Below, piece by piece: positions 10,777-19,534 of a stretch of 64,000 nucleotides of DNA. The position numbers and the translations under genes were made by a program. Each line of letters begins with the position of its first letter. Position 1 is the first letter of the stretch. The notes below the pieces were generated by a model, which made no database searches, was not told the DNA's origin, and was given only the letters and a program-made list of their open reading frames with translations. Source of the DNA: Puniceicoccales bacterium (GTDB lineage Bacteria; Verrucomicrobiota; Verrucomicrobiia; Opitutales; LL51); NCBI GenBank assembly GCA_031255005.1, contig JAIRTH010000016.1, positions 5,859-69,858 of the forward strand, given 5' to 3'.

Positions 10777-13700
10777 CTATATGAGATGTAAGTAGTTATG
10801 CAACGCACCCATGGTCCCGTTGGAGCCATGGTCGCGGCATTGATTTGAAAAACTTGCCACCGGAGGAGCACTGGGTTTCAATTCACAAATGGATTTTATA
10901 CCGCTTTCCCAACAACGAATATACATGGCAGAAATTTCCTCCATATCACTGCAGCCCAAATATAATCTAACCGCCAATCCCTGGTCTACCCATTGTTGAA
11001 GATTTTTATACATTTTTATCAACTTCTCGGTATCGATGGAATAAGCTGTCCTAAATTTTGCCTTGATATCCGACGGAATTTCATTTATGGCAGCCACTTC
11101 GCCATCAAAATAGCATATCTGCTCAAAAATGTCATCGGTCCAAATATTCTCTTGTTTTAAGGTCTTTACCATGGCTGGGTTAACAAACACGATCACCTCG
11201 CTACCATCATAGGATTTCTTGAATATATTTCGCGTCACCGGATAGACTCCAGGGAAACATCCCATCAATTTCGATAGGCGCTCTTCGGTGGAATAGGCTA
11301 GCAAAAAACAATTCCTCAGACCAGAACTATCCATCGACGCCCTAATGCCATCAATAATTTTCATATCTTCGACATCAAATTTACCTAACATATCATCATC
11401 CTTGGCCAAATCAAAGGGCAATCTATGGCTTCCCCAATGAGAATTTTGGAATTTCATAAATTTTTCTTTTTCCTTGGCTAACTGGCAGGACGCATCAAGA
11501 GAAAAAAGCATCATTTTTCGCGCACATAACGATGCAAACTCTATGGCCTCATCGGAATCGAATTCATAGTTCAACTTGTATAAAGCGTTCTGCAACCCAG
11601 TCATGCCCAATCCCACAGGTCTGTAGGCTCTGGTTCTATTGGCCGAATTTTCCGTGGGAAAGTAATTTGCATCTATCATAGCATCCATCGCCCGAATGCC
11701 CAAGGCCACATCTTCGCGAAGTTTTTTAAGATTCATATTTCCATCATCATCAATGTACCGAGATATCACTATCGCTCCAGAACTGCAGGCAATTGACTCG
11801 TCATCACCGGAAGGCAAAAGCACCGAATGCCCCGGACCAACGCTGTTGATACAGCCATCCATCGCCATCATAGCCGACCGATTGCATCGATCCTTAAATA
11901 ATATCATTGGATTTCCAGTTTCAAATACATTTCGAAGAAGCGAAGACCATAAATCGTTGGCTTTTACGGTGTTGCTCCAAATTTTATTTTCCTTCGCCAA
12001 GCATTCTAGCTTCTCATATTCGGTTTCAAATTCCAATCCATGGGTTTTTATAAGCGCTTTGGCATCATCGACTTTAAACAATGTCCAGCATTTCTGATCC
12101 TTCACTCTCTGCATAAACAGATCCGGAATCAATAGCGACGTGCTCAAACTACCACCATTCGAAGGTCTTGATTTTTCCCTGCCAAACCCAATGAAATCGA
12201 ACACATCCGAATGCCAAATTTCGCAGCTAACGCAACCTGATCCTACCAGCGCACCGGCCCCACTGGTCATGATCGAAAGCTGATGTTTGTGCAACTGCAT
12301 GAAGGGAATAACACCATTGGTAATGCCACGCGTCCCTTTAATTCGACTGCCCTTGCCTCTTATCGCCGTCCAGGAACCACCCAAATTACCACCCAACCTA
12401 GAAATCAGCGCACTTTCTATGACACATTTGTTCAAAATACTCTCAATGTCATCGTTAACCGAATATATATAATCTGACATCAACTGCGAATTCCTAGTAC
12501 CGGCAAAATACAACGCCTGCTCTGAAACACAAAATATTCTCTCTTTGAAAAGATTATACAACGATATGACCCTGTCATCCCGACCATCCTCTTCCTTCAA
12601 AAAAATACCCATGGCAACGCGCATCCATAAAATCTGTGGAGTCTCAAGCAACAAGCCAGCAACTGGATCTCTAAGAAGATAATTGTCCATCAATGCCATG
12701 GTTGCAACTATATCAAAATCCAGATCGGCACCAATGGAAAGGCAATCTGCCAACCTAGATAGATCATATTTCAGCATATCGCCATCCAATAGCCCCAAAT
12801 CCACAGCTCTGGGAATATATTTTATAAAATAGTCGCGATGTAATCTGCGTAAGCCATTGATATCCTTATCTAATGGATTCCAGCCCAAGACATGCTGATA
12901 CAAATAGGACAGGGACAATCTGGATGCAAATATGGAAAAATTCGGATCCTTCCTTACCAATTTACAAGCGTTGGTCAAAATATGTTTTTCCAACTCTGCC
13001 TCGGATAATTCGCCGGGTATATTATCCCGGAGAGCCGTCATTATTTCCTCAAATCCGATCGCAAAATCCAATCCAATCCTAGCAAAGCTAATCCTCTCTC
13101 GCAGATCACTGCCATCCCAAAAGGAAACCGATCCATCGGCCATTTTTATCAAAATCATCGCCCTTTGCAATGCATCTTGACTGGCAACGTTTATGGTTTC
13201 TTTACTGTTATCATTGCGCAACTTAGCTCTTTCCGCCCGGTATAAAATATAGGCCTCGGCAATCTTAAAGTTGCCACTCTTCATCAATTCCTCTTGGACC
13301 AAATCCTGAACCTGTTCGATGTGAATAAATTTTACACCGGAAGAAACTACTCGTTCGGTAACATTTTCTGATATAAGTTTAGATGGCACCGGATCCGAAC
13401 GCTGAGACAGAAATGCTCTACGCACTGCCTGTTCCACCTTCGCCCTGCTCCAAGGAACAATCTTACCATTTCGCCTTATAAGTTTTACTTCAACAGCGGC
13501 AGAACCGCCATCGGATGCCCTGTCATTGGCATAGGCACACTTCATCAAAAAACATCTGGCGATATCATGTAAAGAATTTCGCACCAACACATCGGAAATG
13601 ACATCTGTAATCTCATGGCCATCAGAAACTTCAGCACATACCTGGCGCACCACATCCACCAACATCGATTTATTTTTTTCGGAAAAAATTTCATCATCAC

Positions 13701-13890
13701 TTGTGGCCAACATCAAATCGGTTATCGCAGTGCCAATCATGGTGGCCACATTTCCGGCCAACTCCTGATCAACACATAAACCATCGCCACGTACCACCGA
13801 TGCCCAATCGAAATTCGGCTTCCTGTCACCAGGCATAGCAACAAAATTCTTTATAGCCAAATCCTCACACAATCTATCTCTAACAACCAT
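10777..13890 (-). CDS. ribonucleotide reductase large-subunit homolog (1037 aa) lacking the canonical active-site Cys/Asn/Glu; possibly non-catalytic
   Basis: ATP-cone-like segment VEVKLIRRNGKIVPWSRAKVEQAVRRAF, then GGNLGGSWTAIRGKGSRIKG, VIPFM, EIWHSDVFDF and YRPVGLGMTGL. The finger-loop position reads INSVGPGHSVLLP instead of SNLCxE / TNPCGEQ. Confidence 0.75.
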   Translation of the reverse strand: MVVRDRLCEDLAIKNFVAMPGDRKPNFDWASVVRGDGLCVDQELAGNVATMIGTAITDLMLATSDDEIFSEKNKSMLVDVVRQVCAEVSDGHEITDVISDVLVRNSLHDIARCFLMKCAYANDRASDGGSAAVEVKLIRRNGKIVPWSRAKVEQAVRRAFLSQRSDPVPSKLISENVTERVVSSGVKFIHIEQVQDLVQEELMKSGNFKIAEAYILYRAERAKLRNDNSKETINVASQDALQRAMILIKMADGSVSFWDGSDLRERISFARIGLDFAIGFEEIMTALRDNIPGELSEAELEKHILTNACKLVRKDPNFSIFASRLSLSYLYQHVLGWNPLDKDINGLRRLHRDYFIKYIPRAVDLGLLDGDMLKYDLSRLADCLSIGADLDFDIVATMALMDNYLLRDPVAGLLLETPQILWMRVAMGIFLKEEDGRDDRVISLYNLFKERIFCVSEQALYFAGTRNSQLMSDYIYSVNDDIESILNKCVIESALISRLGGNLGGSWTAIRGKGSRIKGTRGITNGVIPFMQLHKHQLSIMTSGAGALVGSGCVSCEIWHSDVFDFIGFGREKSRPSNGGSLSTSLLIPDLFMQRVKDQKCWTLFKVDDAKALIKTHGLEFETEYEKLECLAKENKIWSNTVKANDLWSSLLRNVFETGNPMILFKDRCNRSAMMAMDGCINSVGPGHSVLLPSGDDESIACSSGAIVISRYIDDDGNMNLKKLREDVALGIRAMDAMIDANYFPTENSANRTRAYRPVGLGMTGLQNALYKLNYEFDSDEAIEFASLCARKMMLFSLDASCQLAKEKEKFMKFQNSHWGSHRLPFDLAKDDDMLGKFDVEDMKIIDGIRASMDSSGLRNCFLLAYSTEERLSKLMGCFPGVYPVTRNIFKKSYDGSEVIVFVNPAMVKTLKQENIWTDDIFEQICYFDGEVAAINEIPSDIKAKFRTAYSIDTEKLIKMYKNLQQWVDQGLAVRLYLGCSDMEEISAMYIRCWESGIKSICELKPSAPPVASFSNQCRDHGSNGTMGALHNYLHLI

Positions 13891-14054
13891 AACTCTTTAC
13901 GATACTCAATAATAATCAGCTCAGGACAATTAAATTTTCACCTAATCCAACAAAGCCAGAAATTTTCAACGCAATAAAAAATGAAATTCAATGACAGCTC
14001 AACGAATTTTATTTACCTTTCCTCTAATAAGTAAAGTATTCTAAAAAATTTGTA

Positions 14055-14225
14055 ATGAAAATTCAAAAAATCACCAATCGAATATTTTGGATCCTAAATT
14101 TTATCGATAAAGTTATGGTACGATTTCTATTCATCGGGTTCCCCATATTTATCGTTTGCACCGGTCTGAGATTAATTGCAAATAGCTTGGCAAAAAACGC
14201 GAAAAGTATAAAAGGCGCAAAGTAA
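14055..14225 (+). CDS. possible small membrane protein (56 aa)
   Basis: Hand-translated ATG..TAA: MKIQKITNRIFWILNFIDKVMVRFLFIGFPIFIVCTGLRLIANSLAKNAKSIKGAK. One hydrophobic helix. Below the ORF-track size cutoff and without other support. Confidence 0.25.
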   Translation: MKIQKITNRIFWILNFIDKVMVRFLFIGFPIFIVCTGLRLIANSLAKNAKSIKGAK

Positions 14226-14248
14226 GTAATCTTACTATCAAAGTGGTC

Positions 14249-14276
14249 TTGACTCCAGGCAATTTTTACATATGTT
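14249..14276 (+). promoter_or_regulatory. putative sigma-70-type promoter for 14302 gene
   Basis: TTGACT (14249-14254), 16-nt spacer, TATGTT (14271-14276), 25 nt upstream of the ATG. Confidence 0.3.
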
Positions 14277-14301
14277 TTATTACGTTATTTAAATAGATAT
14301 T

Positions 14302-14613
14302 ATGAAAGATGGGATCTTATTAATTTGGTTAGGGGCCATGCTTGGAATTGGACAGCTTAATGCTGCACATAATGCAAACAATTATGGCCATGAATATGCA
14401 TTGGAAAATATAACTGATGAAGACGAATTCGGCACCGATAAAAACGTTGCTGATAACATTGCTAAATTGGTTGAAACAGAAGTCAAAAAGCAGGAACTTC
14501 TTAAAGAACTAGATGAAAATGTGAAAAATGCCGAAGATATCGTAGATGAAATCGACGAAATAGAAATTGATCAACAAGAAATCAAAGATGATATCAATGA
14601 TAGCATTCTTTAA
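14302..14613 (+). CDS. small secreted acidic protein (103 aa), orphan
   Basis: Signal-like leader ILLIWLGAMLGIGQLNAA followed by a D/E-rich helical sequence (DEIDEIEIDQQEIKDDIND). Confidence 0.6.
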   Translation: MKDGILLIWLGAMLGIGQLNAAHNANNYGHEYALENITDEDEFGTDKNVADNIAKLVETEVKKQELLKELDENVKNAEDIVDEIDEIEIDQQEIKDDINDSIL

Positions 14614-14812
14614 TAAACAGAAAATATTCATTGATTATTGATTCTCACAATAGAAATTTATAATAGAGCAGTTTTTCCATAAAATTGAAAGTACAAATGC
14701 GCCGAAATTACTATAAATTTAGGTGCATTTCTTGTTAGAATTTGCTATAAATATGGAAATAAATAAAAAACCTAATTGATAAACCTGATATATTAAATAG
14801 GACTGCGTCGGA

Positions 14813-15484
14813 ATGAAAATTCATAATCCATTTTACAAAAAATTGATATGTATTTTATGGTTAATACTGGCCTATTCCTTTATGGGTACCTTCTCAGCCC
14901 TAGCACTTAAAAATGGGCCCAATGAAAAGCAACTTGCAGCCATCTATGTACTTGCGAATAATGCAATCATTGAGAATAATTGCGAGGAGATAGACATTCA
15001 ACAACCTAGCAGAGAAGAAGTTAATCATGCTACCAAAGTACTCCGCCCTTATCTACCCCAGGAATGTGTCTATGAAATCGTGACCAATCTTAATGATCCA
15101 TTGCCGGATGATGTCGTACGCTTAGCCGTCGATGTTTTTAAAGAAAATTTAATAAAAAGAAGAATTTATTGTCGTGAATGGAAAAAAAAATATATAGCAA
15201 GCCTTACGCCAGAACAACTTGAATATAGTAAACATATACACTGTGAAGCGGTCAAAAAATCCATGAAAAAGAAACTGGCAAACTTTACACAAGAAGAACT
15301 TGAAAAGTATAAACGTAAACGCCATGAATCGGCCAAGAAAGCCATAAAAAAGAGACTGGCAAATTTTACGCCAGAACAACTTGAAGAATATAAGCGCAAA
15401 CGTCGTGAATCACGCAAAAAATGTGAGGCAAAGAAACGAGCAGAATACATTGCAAAAAACTTCAGGCCAAAGTTTAATGAATAA
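14813..15484 (+). CDS. secreted orphan protein, paralog A (223 aa), three 27-aa basic repeats at C-terminus
   Basis: Leader KKLICILWLILAYSFMGTFSALA. Clear homology to the ORF at 15650. C-terminal repeats of the type LANFTPEQLEEYKRKRRESRKK. Confidence 0.75.
   Translation: MKIHNPFYKKLICILWLILAYSFMGTFSALALKNGPNEKQLAAIYVLANNAIIENNCEEIDIQQPSREEVNHATKVLRPYLPQECVYEIVTNLNDPLPDDVVRLAVDVFKENLIKRRIYCREWKKKYIASLTPEQLEYSKHIHCEAVKKSMKKKLANFTQEELEKYKRKRHESAKKAIKKRLANFTPEQLEEYKRKRRESRKKCEAKKRAEYIAKNFRPKFNE
15194..15436 (+). repeat. 3 x 81-bp in-frame tandem repeat (27-aa units) inside paralog A
   Basis: Units start at 15194, 15275 and 15356. They encode IASLTPEQLEYSKHIHCEAVKKSMKKK, LANFTQEELEKYKRKRHESAKKAIKKR and LANFTPEQLEEYKRKRRESRKKCEAKK. 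Paralog B has one unit. Confidence 0.85.
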
Positions 15485-15649
15485 AATGAAATCTCAAGAA
15501 ATTTAAACCTCAAAAAACTCGAATCTGAATATTCAAAGTTCAGGCTCGATGATTATGAAATATTATAAGTAATACTGACAACAATGTTATCAAATTTTGG
15601 AAGAAACACTCCTTGACAAATCTGGTATATCAAACAGGACTACATCGGA

Positions 15650-16153
15650 ATGAAAATCTATAATCCATTTGCCAAAAGGTTGGTTTGCACTTTATGGCTA
15701 ATGTTAATCTATTGCGCCATGAGCACTTTCTCTTCCTTAGCACTTAAAAATGGGCCCAATGAAAAGGAGCTTGCAGCCATCTATGTACTTGTGAGTAATG
15801 CAATTATTAAAAATAATTCTATGAGGATAGACATTCTACAGCCTGACAAAGCAAAGATTAACAATGCTACTAAAGCACTTCACCCTTACCTAAGCAAGAA
15901 GCGTATCAATGAAATCGTGATCAACCTTGGTAATCCATCGATGGATAATGCCGTGAACCAGACTATCAACGTTTTCAAAGAAAGTTTAATAAAAAAAAGA
16001 AACTATCGTCGTGAAATGTTGTATAACTTTAAGTCAAGCCTTACGCCAGAAGAACTTGAAGATCGCAAACGTAAGCATTGTGAAGCATCCAAGAAATACA
16101 TGGCAAAAAAACGAGCAGAACGCACTGCCAAAAAACTTCAGGTCGAAGTTTAA
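15650..16153 (+). CDS. secreted orphan protein, paralog B (167 aa)
   Basis: MKIYNPFAKRLVCTLWLMLIYCAMSTFSSLALKNGPNEKELAAIYVL aligns residue-for-residue with paralog A. It has a single basic repeat, SLTPEELEDRKRKHCEASKKYMAKKRAE. Confidence 0.75.
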   Translation: MKIYNPFAKRLVCTLWLMLIYCAMSTFSSLALKNGPNEKELAAIYVLVSNAIIKNNSMRIDILQPDKAKINNATKALHPYLSKKRINEIVINLGNPSMDNAVNQTINVFKESLIKKRNYRREMLYNFKSSLTPEELEDRKRKHCEASKKYMAKKRAERTAKKLQVEV

Positions 16154-16535
16154 TGAATAAAATGAAATCTCAAGAAATTTAAACCTCAAAAAACTCGAAT
16201 CTGAATATTCAGAGTTCAGGCTTGACGATTATGAAATATTATAATGATCTTGACCATGTGGAAAATTATAACAAATTTAATATAGAAGAAAGTTACAATG
16301 ATCTAAACGACAAGGCTATCTAGTTTTTTTCTAGACTATAAATAACCTGTTGGTTAATCCAAATGATTTCAAAATCAAGCTGTAAAAATTTTTCCACATT
16401 GAAACTAAAAAATGCTCCAAGATTCTGTGGTACATCAACAACAAGATCAGGCATTTCTAGTTCATTGCTTCCTTTAACCTATTTGGTAAATTTTATGATT
16501 GTCATAGAGACAATTTACCTATCTATTTTATGAAA

Positions 16536-16563
16536 TTGAAATGCTAAATCCAAAAATTATTAT
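16536..16563 (+). promoter_or_regulatory. putative sigma-70-type promoter for the MBL-hydrolase/rarA pair
   Basis: TTGAAA (16536-16541), 16-nt spacer, TATTAT (16558-16563). AGGTGA lies just upstream of the ATG at 16581. Confidence 0.35.
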
Positions 16564-16580
16564 TATGGTATAGGTGACTT

Positions 16581-17240
16581 ATGGAATTATTTTCTGATGA
16601 CAAATTTTTAATTGAAACCATTGGCCTAGGCCCACTAAAGACCAACGTTGGAATCATTTATAATAAAATAATCGGCGAAGCAATGGCCATCGATGTGCCA
16701 CCGAATGCAGCAGAAATCATTGATTCCTTAGTGACGGATAAAAAATTCAAATTAACACATGTCCTTATTACTCATGGACATTGGGATCATTGCGGTGAAG
16801 CTGCTGCACTCCAACAAAAAGGTGCCATCGTCCTAGCCCATTCTGGCGATGCTCTATGGATAGAAGATCCAAGCACTATACCATTTTTTTTCGAACCTAA
16901 CATCACTCTACTCCCGTGCAAAATTGACCAATATGTCGATGATATCAAACAACTTAACTTATGTGGCTTGAAAATCGGCATCGAACATATCCCAGGCCAT
17001 TCCAGGGGCAGTGTAGGATATTTTTTTGAAGATTTTCATATTGCTTTCACCGGCGATGTTCTATTTTGCGAAACCGTTGGCCGATCTGATTTTCCAGGAG
17101 GAGATAAGCACTTGCTATTCAAAAGCATACGTGAAGGCATATATGGCCATAATAAGGAAACAACAATAGTTCCGGGCCACGGATGGATCACAACCATTGG
17201 CCATGAAATAGCAAATAACCCCTATGTGCGATTGAGATGA
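16581..17240 (+). CDS. MBL-fold metallo-hydrolase (glyoxalase II-like)
   Basis: THGHWDHCG (HxHxDH) motif, later PGHSRGS and GD..F motifs. Stop overlaps the rarA start (ATGA). Confidence 0.8.
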   Translation: MELFSDDKFLIETIGLGPLKTNVGIIYNKIIGEAMAIDVPPNAAEIIDSLVTDKKFKLTHVLITHGHWDHCGEAAALQQKGAIVLAHSGDALWIEDPSTIPFFFEPNITLLPCKIDQYVDDIKQLNLCGLKIGIEHIPGHSRGSVGYFFEDFHIAFTGDVLFCETVGRSDFPGGDKHLLFKSIREGIYGHNKETTIVPGHGWITTIGHEIANNPYVRLR

Positions 17241-18550
17241 CCGATGATCAGAAAACACTTGATCTGCTGGGAGATGAAGAACATACCAAGGTTCATATTC
17301 CACTGGCAGCCAGGATGAGACCAAAAACTTTGGATGACATTGTTGGCCAAAGTCATATTTTTGGTGAAAATTGCTCATTGCCGAACCTGATAAAAAATAA
17401 TACTTTTGGTAACTTGTTGTTCTATGGTCCACCTGGCTGTGGAAAAACAACCGTTGCCGAAATAATTTCCCACAGCGTGAATTGTAAGTTCGTCAAAATC
17501 AATGCTATTTTGTCAAATGTATCAGAATTAAGAGAGATTATTAATAGAATAAAGTACACAAATTCCATACTTTTTATCGATGAAATTCATAGGTTTAATA
17601 AGGCTCAACAGGATCTATTGCTGCCGGATATGGAAAGCGGTGCCATTCGATTGATTGGAGCAACTACTCATAACCCAGGATTTTACGTGATAAATCCACT
17701 ATTAAGTCGAAGTCAGTTGGTAAAATTCGAACCCATAGGCCATGATTCCATTGTTTTCATATTGCAAAAAGCTCTGGCCGACGGAATCCACGGATTGAAA
17801 GCCACCGGCTGCTCAGTGGAAACATCTGTGTTGAATAAAGTCGCAAACATTTCCGAGGGAGATCTCCGCCAAGCATTGAACCGATTGGAAACCATCGTAA
17901 TGAGTGTCCCTTCTGGCACGATGATTGATAAGAGTGTCTTTGATAAAACATTAAAGAACACTTATAGCAAATATGATGCCAACGAAGATGAACATTACGA
18001 TACAATTTCTGCATTTATAAAAAGCATACGCGGCTGCGATCCAGATGCTGCAATTTATTGGCTCGCTAAAATGTTAGTTGGTGGCGAAGATCCAAGATTT
18101 ATCGCCCGAAGGTTGATAATTTCTGCCTCTGAAGATATTGGATTGGCCGATTCCAGAGCATTGCCTCTGGCGGTGGCATGTTTTGACGCCTGCGAAAAAG
18201 TTGGACTACCGGAATGCCGAATAAATCTTGCCCAAGTAACAATATTTTTGGCCACTGCCCCAAAGAGCAACTCTGCTTACCTAGCCATAGACAAAGCCAT
18301 TGATTCCATCAAAAAGAATGGAGCTCAACTGGTACCGCTATGGCTACGAGATTCTCATGGCCCTGTGTCTAAAGGACTTGGCAACAGCAATGATTATCTA
18401 TATAGCCATGATTTTTCGAACAACATTTCCGGTCAGGAATACATGATAGCACCTGAACAATTTTATTTTCCCAAAAAATCCGGTTCAGAACAAGCCATCG
18501 GCGAACGACTGGATGAACTAAAATCGTTAAAACGAAATAGCCACCCATAA
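17237..18550 (+). CDS. rarA: replication-associated recombination protein A (RarA/MgsA AAA+ ATPase)
   Basis: ARMRPKTLDDIVGQ, Walker A GPPGCGKTT, Walker B FIDEIHRFNKAQQD, and C-terminal MgsA-type YWLAKML..GEDPRFIARRL. Confidence 0.9.
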   Translation: MTDDQKTLDLLGDEEHTKVHIPLAARMRPKTLDDIVGQSHIFGENCSLPNLIKNNTFGNLLFYGPPGCGKTTVAEIISHSVNCKFVKINAILSNVSELREIINRIKYTNSILFIDEIHRFNKAQQDLLLPDMESGAIRLIGATTHNPGFYVINPLLSRSQLVKFEPIGHDSIVFILQKALADGIHGLKATGCSVETSVLNKVANISEGDLRQALNRLETIVMSVPSGTMIDKSVFDKTLKNTYSKYDANEDEHYDTISAFIKSIRGCDPDAAIYWLAKMLVGGEDPRFIARRLIISASEDIGLADSRALPLAVACFDACEKVGLPECRINLAQVTIFLATAPKSNSAYLAIDKAIDSIKKNGAQLVPLWLRDSHGPVSKGLGNSNDYLYSHDFSNNISGQEYMIAPEQFYFPKKSGSEQAIGERLDELKSLKRNSHP

Positions 18551-18653
18551 ATAACACACAAGAAATCGTCATTCGCCATAAAACATGTATATTTTATTGT
18601 AATATAAATAACATATTATATAAAACCATCGCTATCTATCTTTTTGATAAAAA

Positions 18654-19247
18654 CTAGAAAATACGCTGCCTCGACACGACTTTCATTATCGCCTTTTGTG
18701 CATCCTGCACTTCTTTCACCAATTTGACAAGATCATTAGGTCTTTCATTAATATGCTGAAATAAGCTAGTCAAATAATCGCATGTAAATTTATCACAGCT
18801 CTTTTCATTCATTAATCTATTAGAATAACATACACAAGCTATACAAAACGTCTTCAAAGTCTTTAACTCAATGCGTTTAGAAATATCATTGGCTTGAGAT
18901 ATCATCAATTTGTTTATTGTAATATTTTTTTTCAGATAATTAATCAGCATCATTAACTTATTCATCGGAATAGCTTTTAACACTTCTACTACGAAATTGT
19001 ATACGACTTCAGATCGATTTTTTATACAAGAATGCCCGTCATCACTTATATAAACACCATGAGGGATCGAACAACATCTGCAAATAAGCTCACCTAATTC
19101 AGATATTTTACCATCTTCTGCTAAACATTCGGCTTCTGCAACAGTATAGCCACTCACAGCTATCTTACCAGCATTTGCCAATGATATGCCGAAAAACAAT
19201 GTCACACTCAGCGACAGCAACAATAATTTAGATTTATTAATTTTCAC
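18654..19247 (-). CDS. secreted Cys-rich orphan protein (197 aa)
   Basis: GTG start. Leader KLLLLSLSVTLFFGISLANA. 11 Cys including CRCC and CIACVC clusters. No recognised motif. Confidence 0.6.
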   Translation of the reverse strand: MKINKSKLLLLSLSVTLFFGISLANAGKIAVSGYTVAEAECLAEDGKISELGELICRCCSIPHGVYISDDGHSCIKNRSEVVYNFVVEVLKAIPMNKLMMLINYLKKNITINKLMISQANDISKRIELKTLKTFCIACVCYSNRLMNEKSCDKFTCDYLTSLFQHINERPNDLVKLVKEVQDAQKAIMKVVSRQRIF

Positions 19248-19383
19248 AACTCAATGATATTCGCACACCAAAATTCGAATGTCAAGCGAAAAATAAAATA
19301 AATTTCATAGACCAACCACATTCAAGGGAAGCTAAACTTTCCTTGACAACGGCCAGGCAGTGCATTGCATATGGTACACATTT

Positions 19384-19458
19384 GCCAGAGTAGCTCAGGG
19401 GTAGAGCAGAGGACTCATAAGCCTTTGGCCGGCGGTTCAAATCCGCCCTCTGGCACCA
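19384..19458 (+). tRNA. tRNA-Met (CAU), elongator type
   Basis: GCCAGAG acceptor pairing with CTCTGGC, then A-CCA. D arm GCTC/GAGC, anticodon loop CTCATAA, T arm GGCGG-TTCAAAT-CCGCC. A paired G1:C72 argues against an initiator. A4:T69/G5:C68 differ from the Ile2-like tRNA. Confidence 0.9.
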
Positions 19459-19534
19459 TAGTCGTAATAAAATATCAAAAATTTCTAATTTTTTTATTGA
19501 CATCTTAATTTTTTGATGAAAGGATAAGTTCATT

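Larger units (their letters stand above)
14776..16244 (+). repeat. tandem gene duplication (two units: 14776-15568 and 15613-16244) including conserved 5' leader and 3' flank
   Basis: Both units share the upstream TTGA(T/C)A...AGGACT..CGGAATG leader. They also share a roughly 90-bp 3' flank (aaatgaaatctcaagaaatttaaacctcaaaaaactcgaatctgaatattca.agttcaggct.ga.gattatgaaatattataa) containing the palindrome CTGAATATTCAG. Confidence 0.85.

Noticed and set aside
15149-15513. Two minus-strand ORFs (76 and 115 aa) inside paralog A
   Set aside because: They are antisense shadows of the 81-bp basic repeats. Their repetitive Phe/Leu/Ser-rich translations mirror the sense-strand repeats.
19248-19534. tRNA-Met-associated genomic island with integrase or att repeats
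   Set aside because: I found no integrase or transposase ORF and no duplicated copy of the tRNA 3' end flanking the islet. Only compositional and gene-content arguments remain, and these are reported as a finding without claiming a mobile element.
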